From NCBI GenBank assembly GCA_000004985.1, contig GG738860.1: 64,000 nucleotides of DNA; one strand, given 5' to 3'. The notes under the pieces were generated by a model. It ran no database searches and had not been told where the DNA came from. It worked only from the letters and a program-made list of their open reading frames with translations. Below, piece by piece: positions 1 through 11,742 of this stretch; positions within the stretch are counted from its first letter, which is position 1; each line of letters opens with the position of its first letter. A program made the position numbers and the translations under genes. The stretch comes from Naegleria gruberi (taxonomy: Eukaryota).

Positions 1-93
1 TAGTGTCATTTTTATTTCTTTAATAAAAAAGTAGCACCATCACCTATAGTAGTCATTGCTAATTCCCATCTATGATCATTTAATATTGTTGAT

Positions 94-690
94 TCATTTC
101 CTTATAAATTCACATGATGTATTTTTAAATTCATTAAAAACAACTTGACCACCCCATAATACATTATCAATAATTAATAAACCATTATCTCTTAATAAAT
201 CATAGGCAAAATCAATATATTTTAATTGATTTTCTTTATCTGCATCTATATAAATTAAATCAAATTGTTTTAATTCTTGTTTTAATTCTTGTAAACTTTG
301 TAATGCTGGTTTAATTATTGATTTAATTTGTGAATCAACATTGGCTAATTTCCAATATTTTTTACCTAAATTAGACCATTCTTCATTAATATCCAATGTT
401 GTAATATTAATATCTTTATCACATAATGCAAATGCAAGTGTTGAATAACCAGTTAATGTACCAATTTCTAAAATTGATTTTACATTTGAAAATTTAATTA
501 ATAATTTTAATAATTGTGTTTGTTCAGGTGTTGAAATCATTACACTTGCTTTACCTAATTGTTCTTCACTTTCTAAACGTAATTGTGAAAGAATATCATC
601 TTCTCTCATTCCAATTTTACGAACATAATTTAATACTTGTGGTTCAATAACTGAACTTGTAAAATTTAAATTAAAATTAGGTTTAGACAT
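94..690 (-). CDS. Class I SAM-dependent O-methyltransferase (caffeoyl-CoA OMT-like / O-methyltransferase family 3)
   Basis: 198-aa ORF ending in TAA. It carries a Rossmann-type SAM-binding motif (EIGTLTGYSTL), plus IYIDADKENQ and LLRDNGLLIIDNVLWGG, which are typical of the CCoAOMT/COMTD family. No intron is needed. Confidence 0.75.
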   Translation of the reverse strand: MSKPNFNLNFTSSVIEPQVLNYVRKIGMREDDILSQLRLESEEQLGKASVMISTPEQTQLLKLLIKFSNVKSILEIGTLTGYSTLAFALCDKDINITTLDINEEWSNLGKKYWKLANVDSQIKSIIKPALQSLQELKQELKQFDLIYIDADKENQLKYIDFAYDLLRDNGLLIIDNVLWGGQVVFNEFKNTSCEFIRK

Positions 691-914
691 TTAGAAGTAT
701 TATTTGATTGATGATTTGAGTGATAATAACACTTGGTATACTGTATTAGATATTATTAAATTGATTTGTTTTTTTTGATATTCAAAACAATGTGAATGAG
801 TGATTGTGAATTTATTGCAATCTGCCTGTGGTTACATAAATGGTATTAGTCCATTCAAAATGTCCACCTTCAGAATTTAAACCTGTAGCGATGTTTTGGT
901 GGAGTAATACTTCA

Positions 915-1404
915 NNNNNNNNNNNNNNNNNNNNNNNNNNNNNNNNNNNNNNNNNNNNNNNNNNNNNNNNNNNNNNNNNNNNNNNNNNNNNNNNNNNNNN
1001 NNNNNNNNNNNNNNNNNNNNNNNNNNNNNNNNNNNNNNNNNNNNNNNNNNNNNNNNNNNNNNNNNNNNNNNNNNNNNNNNNNNNNNNNNNNNNNNNNNNN
1101 NNNNNNNNNNNNNNNNNNNNNNNNNNNNNNNNNNNNNNNNNNNNNNNNNNNNNNNNNNNNNNNNNNNNNNNNNNNNNNNNNNNNNNNNNNNNNNNNNNNN
1201 NNNNNNNNNNNNNNNNNNNNNNNNNNNNNNNNNNNNNNNNNNNNNNNNNNNNNNNNNNNNNNNNNNNNNNNNNNNNNNNNNNNNNNNNNNNNNNNNNNNN
1301 NNNNNNNNNNNNNNNNNNNNNNNNNNNNNNNNNNNNNNNNNNNNNNNNNNNNNNNNNNNNNNNNNNNNNNNNNNNNNNNNNNNNNNNNNNNNNNNNNNNN
1401 NNNN
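915..1404. other. Assembly gap (490 N)
   Basis: Uninterrupted run of N. The ORF-track entry 840..1442 is an artefact of the gap. Confidence 1.
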
Positions 1405-1688
1405 GTGTTTGTTGTTTTATTTGTTGTGTTTATTTAAATTGATTGATAATAATGTATGAAATATTTATAGTACATAAAGAGAGATGATCTCGTTAAAGTT
1501 TTTGTAAAAAAGTCTCATTTTGGAACATTTAATTACTTAAAGAGAGTTCCATTAATGTCTCCTTTAATTTAAATGGTGTTGACCAATAAAAATCTCTACC
1601 AACACCTCACCAGAGATTTGTTGTGATTTGAAAAATCTCATTACAATAATTACAATTTGATTCAAGCTAAGGAGATAAATACAGAGAT

Positions 1689-2794
1689 TTATTGATAAAC
1701 TTCAATTGTAAAATTACAAGTATCACAAATATATAATAAACCACTCAATTTGTCAACCTTGATACCAAAATTCATATTAAATTGTCCAAATGATTTTACA
1801 AGTGATAAATCATGTCTATTAACAACATGTACTTGATGTCCAGAACTATCAGATAAATAAATTAATTGTGAACCTTCTTCATAAAATAAAGAATAGGCTG
1901 TTACTATTGGAAAGGTAGATTTTCTAACTGGTTTCCAACCATGCTTTTTACTACTTTTAAATATTTCCAATTTAGTACCATGACTAATTAATAATTCATT
2001 TTCTGATAAAAATTTCAATTCATATCCACTTGCTATTGAAGGTAAATTATTTTCTACTTGAATTTTACCATCATTACAATTTAATATTACAATACCTCTA
2101 GTATAATCCATTGCATAAACTTTATCATTAAAAACTTCAATTCCCCAAACATTATCAAATTGTTCACTTGACCATACTGTACATTTATCTGATTGTTTAT
2201 ATTGTAATAAATCTGAAACTTTAATTTTTAAAATCATATTTAAATTATTTGAAACATAAATATATTCTTCATTATCTCTTTCATTTACTAATTTCATACA
2301 TCTCAATTCATTAGAGAAATTAACATGAAATTCAATGGATGTTATTTTATCAGTACTATTATTATCAGTATTATCATTTTTATTATCAGTATTATTATTA
2401 TTATTTTATTGGTAATACGAGTAGTAGTAGTAATAATAGGTCTATTATATATTAATAGTGATGAACTTTGAGTGGCAATTAATTTGTTATATTGTTCAGA
2501 AATTACAATATCATAATTGTGTGATGTTTGTAATTTATCCAATGTCATTAAATGAGTAAAATTTAATGAATAATTTTTAAACTTGTTTTTACGAATACTA
2601 TTTTTTAATAATGATATTAAATGTTGAATATTATCTGAGTTTTGGGCTGGATCATTTGATTGTTGTTGCTGTGATGAATTTTTATTATTATTAGGAATAA
2701 TGAAATCAATGAGATCAACAATCACTGGTGGTGACATTTTTTTTTGATTTGTTTTATTTTTATCAAGTTCATATTGGAACATTCTATTTGACAA
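1689..2794 (-). CDS. NHL/YVTN-like beta-propeller repeat protein, paralog A (family unassigned)
   Basis: Two minus-strand ORFs: 2342..2794 (N-terminal part) and 1689..2306 (C-terminal part). The C-terminal frame stays open upstream of its first Met through an N/T/D-rich stretch. The exact junction (short intron or continuous) is unresolved. It aligns along its length with the gene at 27949..28851 (e.g. QLIYLSDSSGHQVHVVNRHDLSLVKSFG vs KLIYLTDNDGQMFILDRELNLVKEIKV). Confidence 0.45.
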
Positions 2795-3095
2795 AATTCA
2801 ATTTCATGAAACTATTGTTGATTTGAAAAATTAATTTATTACAAGAATATATTGGTAGTATTAGTATTAGAAGAGGAACGGATTATCAAGTTAATATATA
2901 ATATTTTAAATTCATCAACTTGGGGGAAAGGTTTTGGAAATTTACAATTATTAGATGAGATTGATTAATAATCAACATCTTCATCATCATAAACAAAAAT
3001 GTTTTGCTTTGAAAGTTTGATTATACTCTTTTCAATTTGATCCATTTGATTTTCAACAGCTTCTTTTCTTTGAATATGTACTTTATCATTTGGCA

Positions 3096-3382
3096 NNNNN
3101 NNNNNNNNNNNNNNNNNNNNNNNNNNNNNNNNNNNNNNNNNNNNNNNNNNNNNNNNNNNNNNNNNNNNNNNNNNNNNNNNNNNNNNNNNNNNNNNNNNNN
3201 NNNNNNNNNNNNNNNNNNNNNNNNNNNNNNNNNNNNNNNNNNNNNNNNNNNNNNNNNNNNNNNNNNNNNNNNNNNNNNNNNNNNNNNNNNNNNNNNNNNN
3301 NNNNNNNNNNNNNNNNNNNNNNNNNNNNNNNNNNNNNNNNNNNNNNNNNNNNNNNNNNNNNNNNNNNNNNNNNNNNNNNNNN
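3096..3382. other. Assembly gap (287 N)
   Basis: Run of N. ORF-track entries 3037..3390, 3086..3406 and 3090..3491 are gap artefacts. Confidence 1.
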
Positions 3383-3402
3383 ATTGTTGAATGTATTCAT
3401 AT

Positions 3403-3993
3403 TCATCTTGAATTCTTGTTTATCTTTGAAAGATAATCAGGTACTTTACCAAACTCTGCTTTTTGAGTCCACAAAGGCTCTGGTTGTTTAACTTTCTTAG
3501 GTGCACTAAGAATATTGTCAACTGCATTACTGACAACAAAATTCTTCTTGCTTATTAATCCCATAATTGGTTTTTCTTCTTTCTTAGGAACAGCTGGACG
3601 TTTTGATAAAGTATCAGGCATTGTTCGTTCAAACTTTTTAGATTTTTGTGATTCCATTGTTCTTAGTGTATCCGTGTAAATACCTTGCTTCTTCTTTGTA
3701 AAGGAATCACTTCTTACATCATGTTTTACAGTCTTTCCCATTGTAGCAGAGGATTTTTTTAATTTATGATGACCTCCACTGTGATCCAAATCATAGTAGC
3801 TTCCTCCAGCATTGGCTATTCCGGGTTTTGTTGTGTTATTAAGACCGAAAGTTGAATAAGAAGGTGGTGTTGTACCTGGATAAGCCGATCTATACATTTC
3901 CTTCTTTTCTACAACCTCCACAGGTTTTTCTATAAGATTATAAACAGACTCTTCCTCTTCAGTGTCTAGTCTTTGATGGTAGTAGTTTGACAT
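3403..3993 (-). CDS. ENKUR: Enkurin (ciliary TRP-channel adaptor) homolog, truncated at the 3' end by the assembly gap
   Basis: The N-terminal motif ESVYNLIEKP matches enkurin ESIYNLIP. The block KKFERTMPDTLSKRPAVPKKEEKPIMGLISKKNFVVSNAVDNILSAPKK...GKVPDYLSKI matches the enkurin segment preceding and entering its C-terminal domain. The ORF stops at TGA 20 nt before the gap, where metazoan enkurins continue (IQ motif), so the C-terminus is missing or frameshifted at the contig edge. Confidence 0.7.
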   Translation of the reverse strand: MSNYYHQRLDTEEEESVYNLIEKPVEVVEKKEMYRSAYPGTTPPSYSTFGLNNTTKPGIANAGGSYYDLDHSGGHHKLKKSSATMGKTVKHDVRSDSFTKKKQGIYTDTLRTMESQKSKKFERTMPDTLSKRPAVPKKEEKPIMGLISKKNFVVSNAVDNILSAPKKVKQPEPLWTQKAEFGKVPDYLSKINKNSR

Positions 3994-4232
3994 TTTTTTT
4001 CTATACTATTATTTACTGATTTTTAATTTGGCGGGAAAATGATCAACTAATTAACTTGCTCAACAGAATGTAACGTACAATATTTTGATGAGAAAAGATG
4101 GTAAAATCGTATTACTTGAACACACTTTAGAATAACAACTACTACCACTACTACTAATTATAATGATGATCATTGGATTAGAGGATTAGAGGAAATAAAG
4201 AGCAGACTTGATATAATTTACACTCGCAAACT

Positions 4233-6623
4233 TTAATCATAAAATTCATCAGCAGTAGTTGTAACTGGAATACAAGTTGTGGTGGTAGTGGCAGTGATGG
4301 TGGTAGAAGTGAGAGGTGGAATTTCAACAACTTTATCAATACTTGTATCAGATTCATTGACCATAATAATAGATTCATTATCAACAATATTAAATGATTC
4401 TGTTGATTCTAAAGTGGAATGATCTTCATCAATTGCACATTCACTTGTTGTTTCACTACTATTATCATTAACATCTAAAAGTGTATCAAGATCTGATTGA
4501 ATTTTAGAATCTCCTGATTCAACATCTTCTTTTGTAACAATTGATTGTTCTCCAAATTCTGGTAAATATTTCTTAGGTGGTTTAATTGTTTGATGGAATT
4601 CACTGAATGAAAATTTAGTTTTTGTTGAATCACTTTCTCTACAATAGAATGAAAGTGATAATTGATTTTCCTTACTAAATTGTAATTCACCAATTACTTT
4701 AGTACCAAATGAAGGTGACATTGGTTCAATATCATTGTTCTTATCATTCTTATCTTCTGGTAATTCATTAATACTTGATTGATTAGTTTGATTATTATTA
4801 CTATTCTTTTTAAAGAATAAATGTTTTAATGAAAATCCATTATTACCACCACCACTATTATTATTATTCTTACTAGTATTATTATTACTACCACCACCAG
4901 TATTATTAGATTGATTATTTTTCAAAGATTGAGTGGTAGTAGAATTATTACCTGTACTATTAGTATTATTTAATGATTGATTTGTTGTAATTGTACCATT
5001 AGTAGTAGTAGTATTGGTATTATTGGTATTATTATTGGTATTACTATTATTATTGAATGATGAATTATTACTTGTTAGAGAAACATTTGTTGAAGCATTT
5101 GTAAAAATTCTTGGATTAATTTTGAAACATTCTTGTTCAAATCTTCCGAATTGAATTTTTTGAATTTGAAAAGTTTGATAATCGTTAACAAGTTTTGTTC
5201 TTTCATCAATGAAAATCTTGTACAGATGAGTACATGAAAAAGCCTTATAAAAATCATTTGATTCAATTGAATGATGTTCATCAGTTATAAACCTAGAATG
5301 ATCAAATTCAAATAAATTTGAATGTAATTTAAAGTGATGTCTATAATTACCGAACCAAGATGCCATACATTTAACAAAAAAGTCCATAATTCTAATATTA
5401 GTATCATATTTAGAAATGTTATTTTTAAGCATTGTTAAAACTCTATTTTCTTTTGGAAGTGAAATTAATTTAAATTCTTTTAAATTATTTAAAATTTTAG
5501 AAGAATCAAAATCAAATATAATAACATTTGTAGAATTTAAATATTTTTCAAATGAATAATCTTTTTGTAAAAAACCAATCACTGAACTTGTATGACGATT
5601 ATTAATTAAATGTTCAAAAACTTTAATTTCATCACAAAATGGTAAAATATCACCACAATATTTAAATGGATAAATTAAACTTGTAATTGAATAAATAAAA
5701 TTCATAACTTCTAATATATTACTACTTTCTCTTGTTGTTATAATAATTTTAATTGGATTTACTTGATTAGCTGCATTTGTTGTTGTTGTCATGTTATTAT
5801 TATTATTATTAATTGTAGTATTATTATTATCTATACTATTATTATTTAAATAAATAAATTTATCTAATAATATATATTTAAATAAAATGATAAAATCATT
5901 TAAAATTAATTGTGATTTAATTTTTAATAAATTAATTTCACCACAAGCAATAAATTCATCAATTGAAGGTCTTCTTAAATAATGTGAAGAATCTAATATT
6001 GAATTTTTAGTATCATATCTAATTAAAAACTTTTCACCAAATTTTGGATAAGGTTGATAATAATATAAATATTCTAAAAAAGGTTGAAGTTGATCAATTA
6101 CAAAATTATCATTACTTGATAAAAGTATTCTAGAATATAAAATTAATATTAATTGATTAAATAAAGAATAATATGGTTGATTTTTAGCTAAAAAACCAAT
6201 TATACCAACTCTAGGTATATATTTACAATATATATTAATATTATTACATCTATATAGTATCACATTACTATATGTATTTAATAATGATAATTTTGATATA
6301 TATTGTTGTATATTAAATCTATAAAAATAGCCTTTAGGATAATCAAATTCTAATTCCACATTAATATTATCTTGTTTATATCTTAAAAAGAATGCACATT
6401 CATATAATCGACTAATAAATGTAACTGTAGCTCCTCCTCCAGTTGTTGTTGTTGTTGTTGTTGTACTTTTAGTTAAATTACCTGAAATATTATGATGATT
6501 ATTTAATGAAGGCATACTATTAGATGGTGAATTATTATGATCAAATGATGATGATGATGATGAATTATTTTGAAATGATGATGGCATCACTGCTACACTT
6601 CTAGATCGACTCATGATGATCAA
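4233..6623 (-). CDS. DENN-domain protein with long low-complexity (N/T/S-rich) inserts
   Basis: 796-aa ORF. The core DENN signature SNILEVMNFIYSITSLIYPFKYCGDILPFCDEIKVFEHLINNRHTSSVIGFL parallels the DENN consensus (LTAxxEALxSLLYPFxWQHxxIPxLPxxLLxFLDAPxPxxxG). It has poly-T, poly-N and poly-S runs. Confidence 0.5.
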   Translation of the reverse strand: MIIMSRSRSVAVMPSSFQNNSSSSSSFDHNNSPSNSMPSLNNHHNISGNLTKSTTTTTTTTGGGATVTFISRLYECAFFLRYKQDNINVELEFDYPKGYFYRFNIQQYISKLSLLNTYSNVILYRCNNINIYCKYIPRVGIIGFLAKNQPYYSLFNQLILILYSRILLSSNDNFVIDQLQPFLEYLYYYQPYPKFGEKFLIRYDTKNSILDSSHYLRRPSIDEFIACGEINLLKIKSQLILNDFIILFKYILLDKFIYLNNNSIDNNNTTINNNNNNMTTTTNAANQVNPIKIIITTRESSNILEVMNFIYSITSLIYPFKYCGDILPFCDEIKVFEHLINNRHTSSVIGFLQKDYSFEKYLNSTNVIIFDFDSSKILNNLKEFKLISLPKENRVLTMLKNNISKYDTNIRIMDFFVKCMASWFGNYRHHFKLHSNLFEFDHSRFITDEHHSIESNDFYKAFSCTHLYKIFIDERTKLVNDYQTFQIQKIQFGRFEQECFKINPRIFTNASTNVSLTSNNSSFNNNSNTNNNTNNTNTTTTNGTITTNQSLNNTNSTGNNSTTTQSLKNNQSNNTGGGSNNNTSKNNNNSGGGNNGFSLKHLFFKKNSNNNQTNQSSINELPEDKNDKNNDIEPMSPSFGTKVIGELQFSKENQLSLSFYCRESDSTKTKFSFSEFHQTIKPPKKYLPEFGEQSIVTKEDVESGDSKIQSDLDTLLDVNDNSSETTSECAIDEDHSTLESTESFNIVDNESIIMVNESDTSIDKVVEIPPLTSTTITATTTTTCIPVTTTADEFYD

Positions 6624-7390
6624 GTATTAAAAGATGAATTCTAACGTTATATTCCAATTTTTGAATTTCTTTTTTTCCGCACTATTAGTGAAAAAAGCCT
6701 TTATGAATGAAAATAAATTATAAATTGATGATGATGTTCCTTGTTGTTCCTTTCTGTTATTAAAATTTTTGAATATGATAAAATTTGTTATTATTCAACA
6801 AGAACAAATAGCAAACATATAAAACAAGTATATATGACTACTACTATATAGTGAGTGAAAGAGAGAGAAATGTAGCGTGGTGGTGGGTGTGGTAATAGAA
6901 GAGTCTGCAGAATAAAGCAAAGATTTAAAAAAAAAACTGCCCAAGAATAACAAGTTTTTTTTGTGACGAGAGAAATTTTGTGTCTTTTCAATAAAGTGAT
7001 CTGATGAAAAGCGACGGATACTTTCTCAAGGTAAAAAGTCATAGGAAATTCAACATGTGATCTTCCACTTCATCATCATCAGCATGAACAAAGTCATGAA
7101 ATGAAAGAAATGTGATGAACGAATCATTGCAGTTGGTTTTTCACAAGATCAATGAAAAGTAGTGAAAATTCTTGAAATTTTGCAAGATTTTTAGAAGGTT
7201 GCATTCATTAATATTGTACATTTGAGTTCAGGTGTGTACTTGAAAGCTCTTTATTTAACAGTTTGTGTTTTAACATTAAGGTCGATTTCCTTAACATTGT
7301 GAGTTTTTCAAAATTTGAAATAATTATTCACAAGATTAGTAAATTGAGTTTTTATTTACAACATTATTTACAAAATTAACATGTTTTGAA

Positions 7391-8938
7391 TTATATTTGT
7401 TGATGTTGATGTTGTCTGGAATTCTTCTTAATTGTAACAATAACAGCAACAATTGAAAATACCATAAATAATGGTCCAGCAATTGCAAAGATGATATAGA
7501 CTGGGAAACCATTTCCATAACCAGTAGCAGCACTAGTAATGGAAGGATAAAATTCAATACTAGTTTCTGATAAGTACGGTTCAACAGTTACATAAATAGT
7601 TTTAGTATAACTATTATAATTAGTATAGGAGAGTGATGAAAATTGACTTGATGAATAGACATAAACCTTCTCACTTGTATAAGAAGTACTCTCTGAATTG
7701 ATTGTAACATAACCACTTCCATCACTTGATGATTTCAATGAAATACTTTTCAATTTCAAAGTATTATAAGATGGAACATTAATTTTGTAATAATATTTCT
7801 TTGTAATTACACCTGTATAGACATAAACACCTTGATACATTTGAATGGCAGTGGATGTTGATGGATTTGGACTACTTTCACTTGGAATAGTTTTAGCAAT
7901 AATTGAAATATATTGACATGCTGAATTAATATAATTACATGTCAATGATGTTGATGTATAGCTTGAAGAAACACTTAATGAAGTATATCCATCTGTTGAA
8001 CATATGCATGAAAGTGAACTCTTTTGAATGATAATTGAATTTCCATTCATATCTTTGAAATTATTTCCATATTGGAAATTATATTGTAAATTAGCTCCAT
8101 AACCATTTGGATTGGATACTTTTGTAATTTTGTAAGAATATAATGTTGTATAATCATTTGATTGATAGGAAAGTTGAGTATTAGAAAGTGCAAATGCATA
8201 TGAATCAAAAGTTGGAAGAACATTTGGTAATTGATAGTTCAATGTTTCAGTAACTTGTCCATAATTATTAGTTGCAATATTATATTTAAATTGATAAGGT
8301 CCATAAAAATAATTGTAATATCCAATATTTGCACTTCCACTATCAACAACTGCTAAAAATCCAATTGTTGAACCAGCTGATTTTGCTGAGAGTTTAACAG
8401 AATAACTAATAGTTGTTGGACTTATTGGACTAGCTCCAGTATCTAAAAAGTAATTAACAGGTGCCAATGTGAAAATTCCCATATTTTGAGGCTTGACATT
8501 TAAAATACCATTTGAACATGTGAAATAATAAGTCAATTGTGTGTCGTTAGTATTCATACCATAATCATTAACAGATATACCATAAACACCTAATAAAGTA
8601 TGTGCATTATCAGGTACACGATTAGTATAACCAGATACAGGATATTTAGAAAGTGTAAAAGATAATGATTGTGTTGAATTTCTATCAATGGTTAAGGTTA
8701 ATGAACATGAAGAAGTTGCTCCAGAAAAGGAATAACTTGATGATTTGGATGTAGTTGTGTAGAGTGTACCAAAATTAGATGCATTGACTTTTAATACCAC
8801 CAATACTTGGAGGAGAAACAATACAAGCAGTATTGTTCTGGTTCTTGTGTGTATGAGATTGGACATTTTTTTTTGTTGTTGTGTGAGAATGGTGGATCTG
8901 TTTGAATTGCACAAATTTAAGCATTTCCGTAACTCCAT
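7391..8938 (-). CDS. Type I membrane glycoprotein (signal peptide, S/T/Y/N-rich ectodomain, one C-terminal TM helix)
   Basis: The likely true start is the internal Met at about 8866 (MSNLIHTRTRTILLVLFLLQVLVVLKVNA, a signal peptide). The C-terminus has a hydrophobic segment VYIIFAIAGPLFMVFSIVAVIVTI followed by a basic tail. No homolog is recognised. Confidence 0.5.
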   Translation of the reverse strand: MELRKCLNLCNSNRSTILTQQQKKMSNLIHTRTRTILLVLFLLQVLVVLKVNASNFGTLYTTTSKSSSYSFSGATSSCSLTLTIDRNSTQSLSFTLSKYPVSGYTNRVPDNAHTLLGVYGISVNDYGMNTNDTQLTYYFTCSNGILNVKPQNMGIFTLAPVNYFLDTGASPISPTTISYSVKLSAKSAGSTIGFLAVVDSGSANIGYYNYFYGPYQFKYNIATNNYGQVTETLNYQLPNVLPTFDSYAFALSNTQLSYQSNDYTTLYSYKITKVSNPNGYGANLQYNFQYGNNFKDMNGNSIIIQKSSLSCICSTDGYTSLSVSSSYTSTSLTCNYINSACQYISIIAKTIPSESSPNPSTSTAIQMYQGVYVYTGVITKKYYYKINVPSYNTLKLKSISLKSSSDGSGYVTINSESTSYTSEKVYVYSSSQFSSLSYTNYNSYTKTIYVTVEPYLSETSIEFYPSITSAATGYGNGFPVYIIFAIAGPLFMVFSIVAVIVTIKKNSRQHQHQQI

Positions 8939-9071
8939 AAAATAGAAACAATTTTGAAGGTAAATTGTTTAAAATCAAAATGGAAGATAAAGAGAAATTA
9001 TTTGGATTTAATAGACTGTGTTTGTAACAACATATATTAGAAGTAATTTTATATAATAATAATTACAATAA

Positions 9072-10804
9072 TTACAATTCTTGAAATGCAACATTGAGTT
9101 GATCGTGTTTCTTCTTCTTCTTCTTCTTTTTCTTCTTCTTTTCTGATTTATAATTGTGAGAGGATGGATTTGTTTCATTCAATGTTGTTGTTGTTGTTTG
9201 TGAAGGTGGTGAATAACTTTCTGTTTTAATTGATGATTTTTTATCTGTCTTTTCATTTTCCATTTCAATTGTATTATTGATGGAGGTTTCTTGTTCAATA
9301 ATTGGTCTTTTAATTCTTAATAATTTGAATATTCTCTTTTTAATATTAATAAAATCTCTTTCAAATATTCTAATTATATAATTAAAAATATTAAAATATT
9401 AAAAATAATATAAAAAAATAATAAATTAATAAAAAAAGTAAAAAAAACAAACCTCTTTAAACCCTTTCTAAAATTAACAGTACAAATAATAGCAAAAATA
9501 ATAACTAAAATTCTAACAATAACAGCAAAAGTAGTAATAATAGTCATAATGACCATAATATCTAATTTTTCCAAAACACTATCTTCATTAATAATTTCAT
9601 CCTTTTTAATCCAAGCTTCAATTAATTTATAAATTAAATAAATTGGTAAAACCAAATCAAATAAAATTACAAATATTTGTACAATGTACCATTCCTTTTT
9701 TAAACCCAAATAAATTGAAATTGGAATTAATAAAATGGAAAATACGTAACCAAATGATAAACCCAAATGTGACCAAGGAATCCAATCAAATTTTAACCAA
9801 AATAAAGCCATTATATATAAAGCAGTTAAACACATGATATCTACTTGAATCATTGATTTATAAATACAATAGAATCTATAATATCTCACTAATTCAGGTG
9901 AAGATCCAACACGTCTATAAATTTTCCATCCAAATGATCTATAAACAGGTATTAAAATGATTGTAAATAAAATTAAACCAACAAAATATAGACCTGTTGG
10001 TACAATAATTAAAAATATAACAATCCACATAAAAGTTCTAATTAATGCATCATGTTCCTCTTGTTTACCATCATTGGCATCAATTAATAATGTAACTGAT
10101 TGATATATCATAAATGCTGCTTGTGTTGCTCCCCAAAATGATTTAATTAAAAAAGCAAATAACAAGTATTCATTCTCTGTCATGATTGCAAATATGGCAA
10201 AATAAATCAATGTCATTCCACTTAATAAATATAAAGAAGCAAGAAAATAAACTGCATAAGATTGTCTAATAACTGCATTAAATACTATAGCTGTTATACC
10301 TGCCACAAATATACTCAATACAAGTATAATTACTAAAACTACTAGAATTTTAGACCATATCGATAATTGTTTAATGTGTCTCTTGATAATTTCAAATTTG
10401 GATTTGTATGGTGAGGTTGATTTACTTTCATTCATTGCTTGTTCTGTATTTTTAATTACATCATTAATATCGTAATAGAATGTTTCTTCTTTTTCTCCTA
10501 ATTCTTCTACTTCTACTTCTTGGTTTACTCCATGTATTGTTCCAACTGTTATTTGATGATTATTATTGTGATCATATTGATCATTGTTATCATAATGATG
10601 ATGATGATTGGGAGTGTAGGAATTATTGTGCCGATTGTCTGCAATGTAATGGTTGGCAGACAACATTTTTTTAATTTTGCTTGGAAAATTAGTGACTGTG
10701 TTGCATGATGGAAGATTCGGATAAAAAGCAGACAGAGGTTGATGACAATTATTGATCTCTGTGTGTGTTATGGAAATTGTTACTGTGTTCACACACATTA
10801 TCAT
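9072..10804 (-). CDS. Multi-pass (at least 8 TM) membrane protein with a His/Asn-rich N-terminus and a spliced charged C-terminal tail
   Basis: Exon 1 is about 9453..10804 and ends ...RKGLK + AG. An 83-nt intron at 9370..9452 (GTTTGT...TAG) joins exon 2 at 9072..9369. The splice keeps the frame and continues into ORF 9072..9263 (...MENEKTDKK...poly-K...QEL*). The real start is probably the internal Met MLSANHY. Confidence 0.5.
9109..9145. repeat. (TTC)n / (GAA)n trinucleotide microsatellite, coding poly-Lys on the minus strand
   Basis: cttcttcttcttcttctttttcttcttcttttc lies inside the 3' exon of the membrane-protein gene, where it encodes KKKKKKKKKKKK. Confidence 0.9.
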
Positions 10805-11026
10805 TTATTCCACATCATGTTGATTGTTGTTCTATATTTGAGTTGGTTGAGAATCATGTAGATTGCACGGATCTTCAAGAAAAAATTATCTAACACTCTT
10901 TCTAATATTCACCTGAGCTAGATACTCTTTGAAACCAACATTTGAGGTTCCACCTCCTGTTCTAGTATTAATAAATAAGTTTCTTAAAGTTTCGAATAAA
11001 TATTTTGGAAGAATATAATTGAATAA

Positions 11027-11589
11027 TTACCTTAGTTTTACACTTTTCAAAGATTCTCCAAATCTATTGTGCAATAGTAAAATGCATTGACTTGCACTTA
11101 TATAACCTGTTAAGTTTTTATCCTTACTCACAAAATCCATTATATTTACAAGACGATCTGGAGCAATTGAATGTGCCTTCTTTTCTTCACTCATCACTCG
11201 AAACACTATTTCTTCCAAATCCGATACTAAAAGATAATTGTGTACATTGTTATCACAAACTTCCCATAATATTGTTTCAACTATTGAATTTCCATATTGA
11301 AATCAATGCAATGAAACCTACCATCATCGATATATTCTTTTGGAGCCTTAATTTTCTTCAATACTTTTAATAAATCACAAGCATCCAATTTCTTATCCTT
11401 ATTCCAATCAAGAGCTGCAAATGTTTCCCGAATCCTTAAAATCCTAGCTTCCTTATTTTCAACTGGTACTTGACCATCAAGTGTTTCCGAATTGGCACCA
11501 ATAACTTGTTCATCCTCATCATCATTTGCCAGTGATCCTCTCTCAATGGCATCAAAATTTAATCTGGGTTGATAAGCATTCCTCATCAT
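11027..11589 (-). CDS. EF-hand calcium-binding protein (two EF-hand loops)
   Basis: Exon 1 is 11322..11589 and ends ...KEYIDD+G. A 41-nt intron at 11281..11321 (GTAGGT...AATAG) leads to exon 2 at 11027..11280. Spliced product: ...IKAPKEYIDDVETILWEVCDNN...DFVSKDKNLTGYISASQ... The EF loops are DWNKDKKLDACDL and DKNLTGYISASQ. Confidence 0.65.
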
Positions 11590-11742
11590 TTTTTTTTTAA
11601 TTCTTGAATTGTCTTATCTCTCTTAACATCAAAACTACAGTAAATAGATGAATCTTATTGGATAAGACCATCACCAATTGTAAATTCCTAACATTGTATT
11701 TTCAACAGTTTTCAATTAAAAAATAAATTATTAATTTATTAA

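Noticed and set aside
840-1442. 200-aa ORF full of X residues
   Set aside because: It spans the 490-nt N-gap, so it is an artefact. The same applies to the ORFs at 3037-3491 and 58829-59107.
2340-2460. Imperfect tandem repeats (tattatcagta units) suggesting a mobile element
   Set aside because: This is short AT-rich microsatellite-like sequence inside the coding/intron region of propeller paralog A. It has no terminal repeats or TE ORFs.
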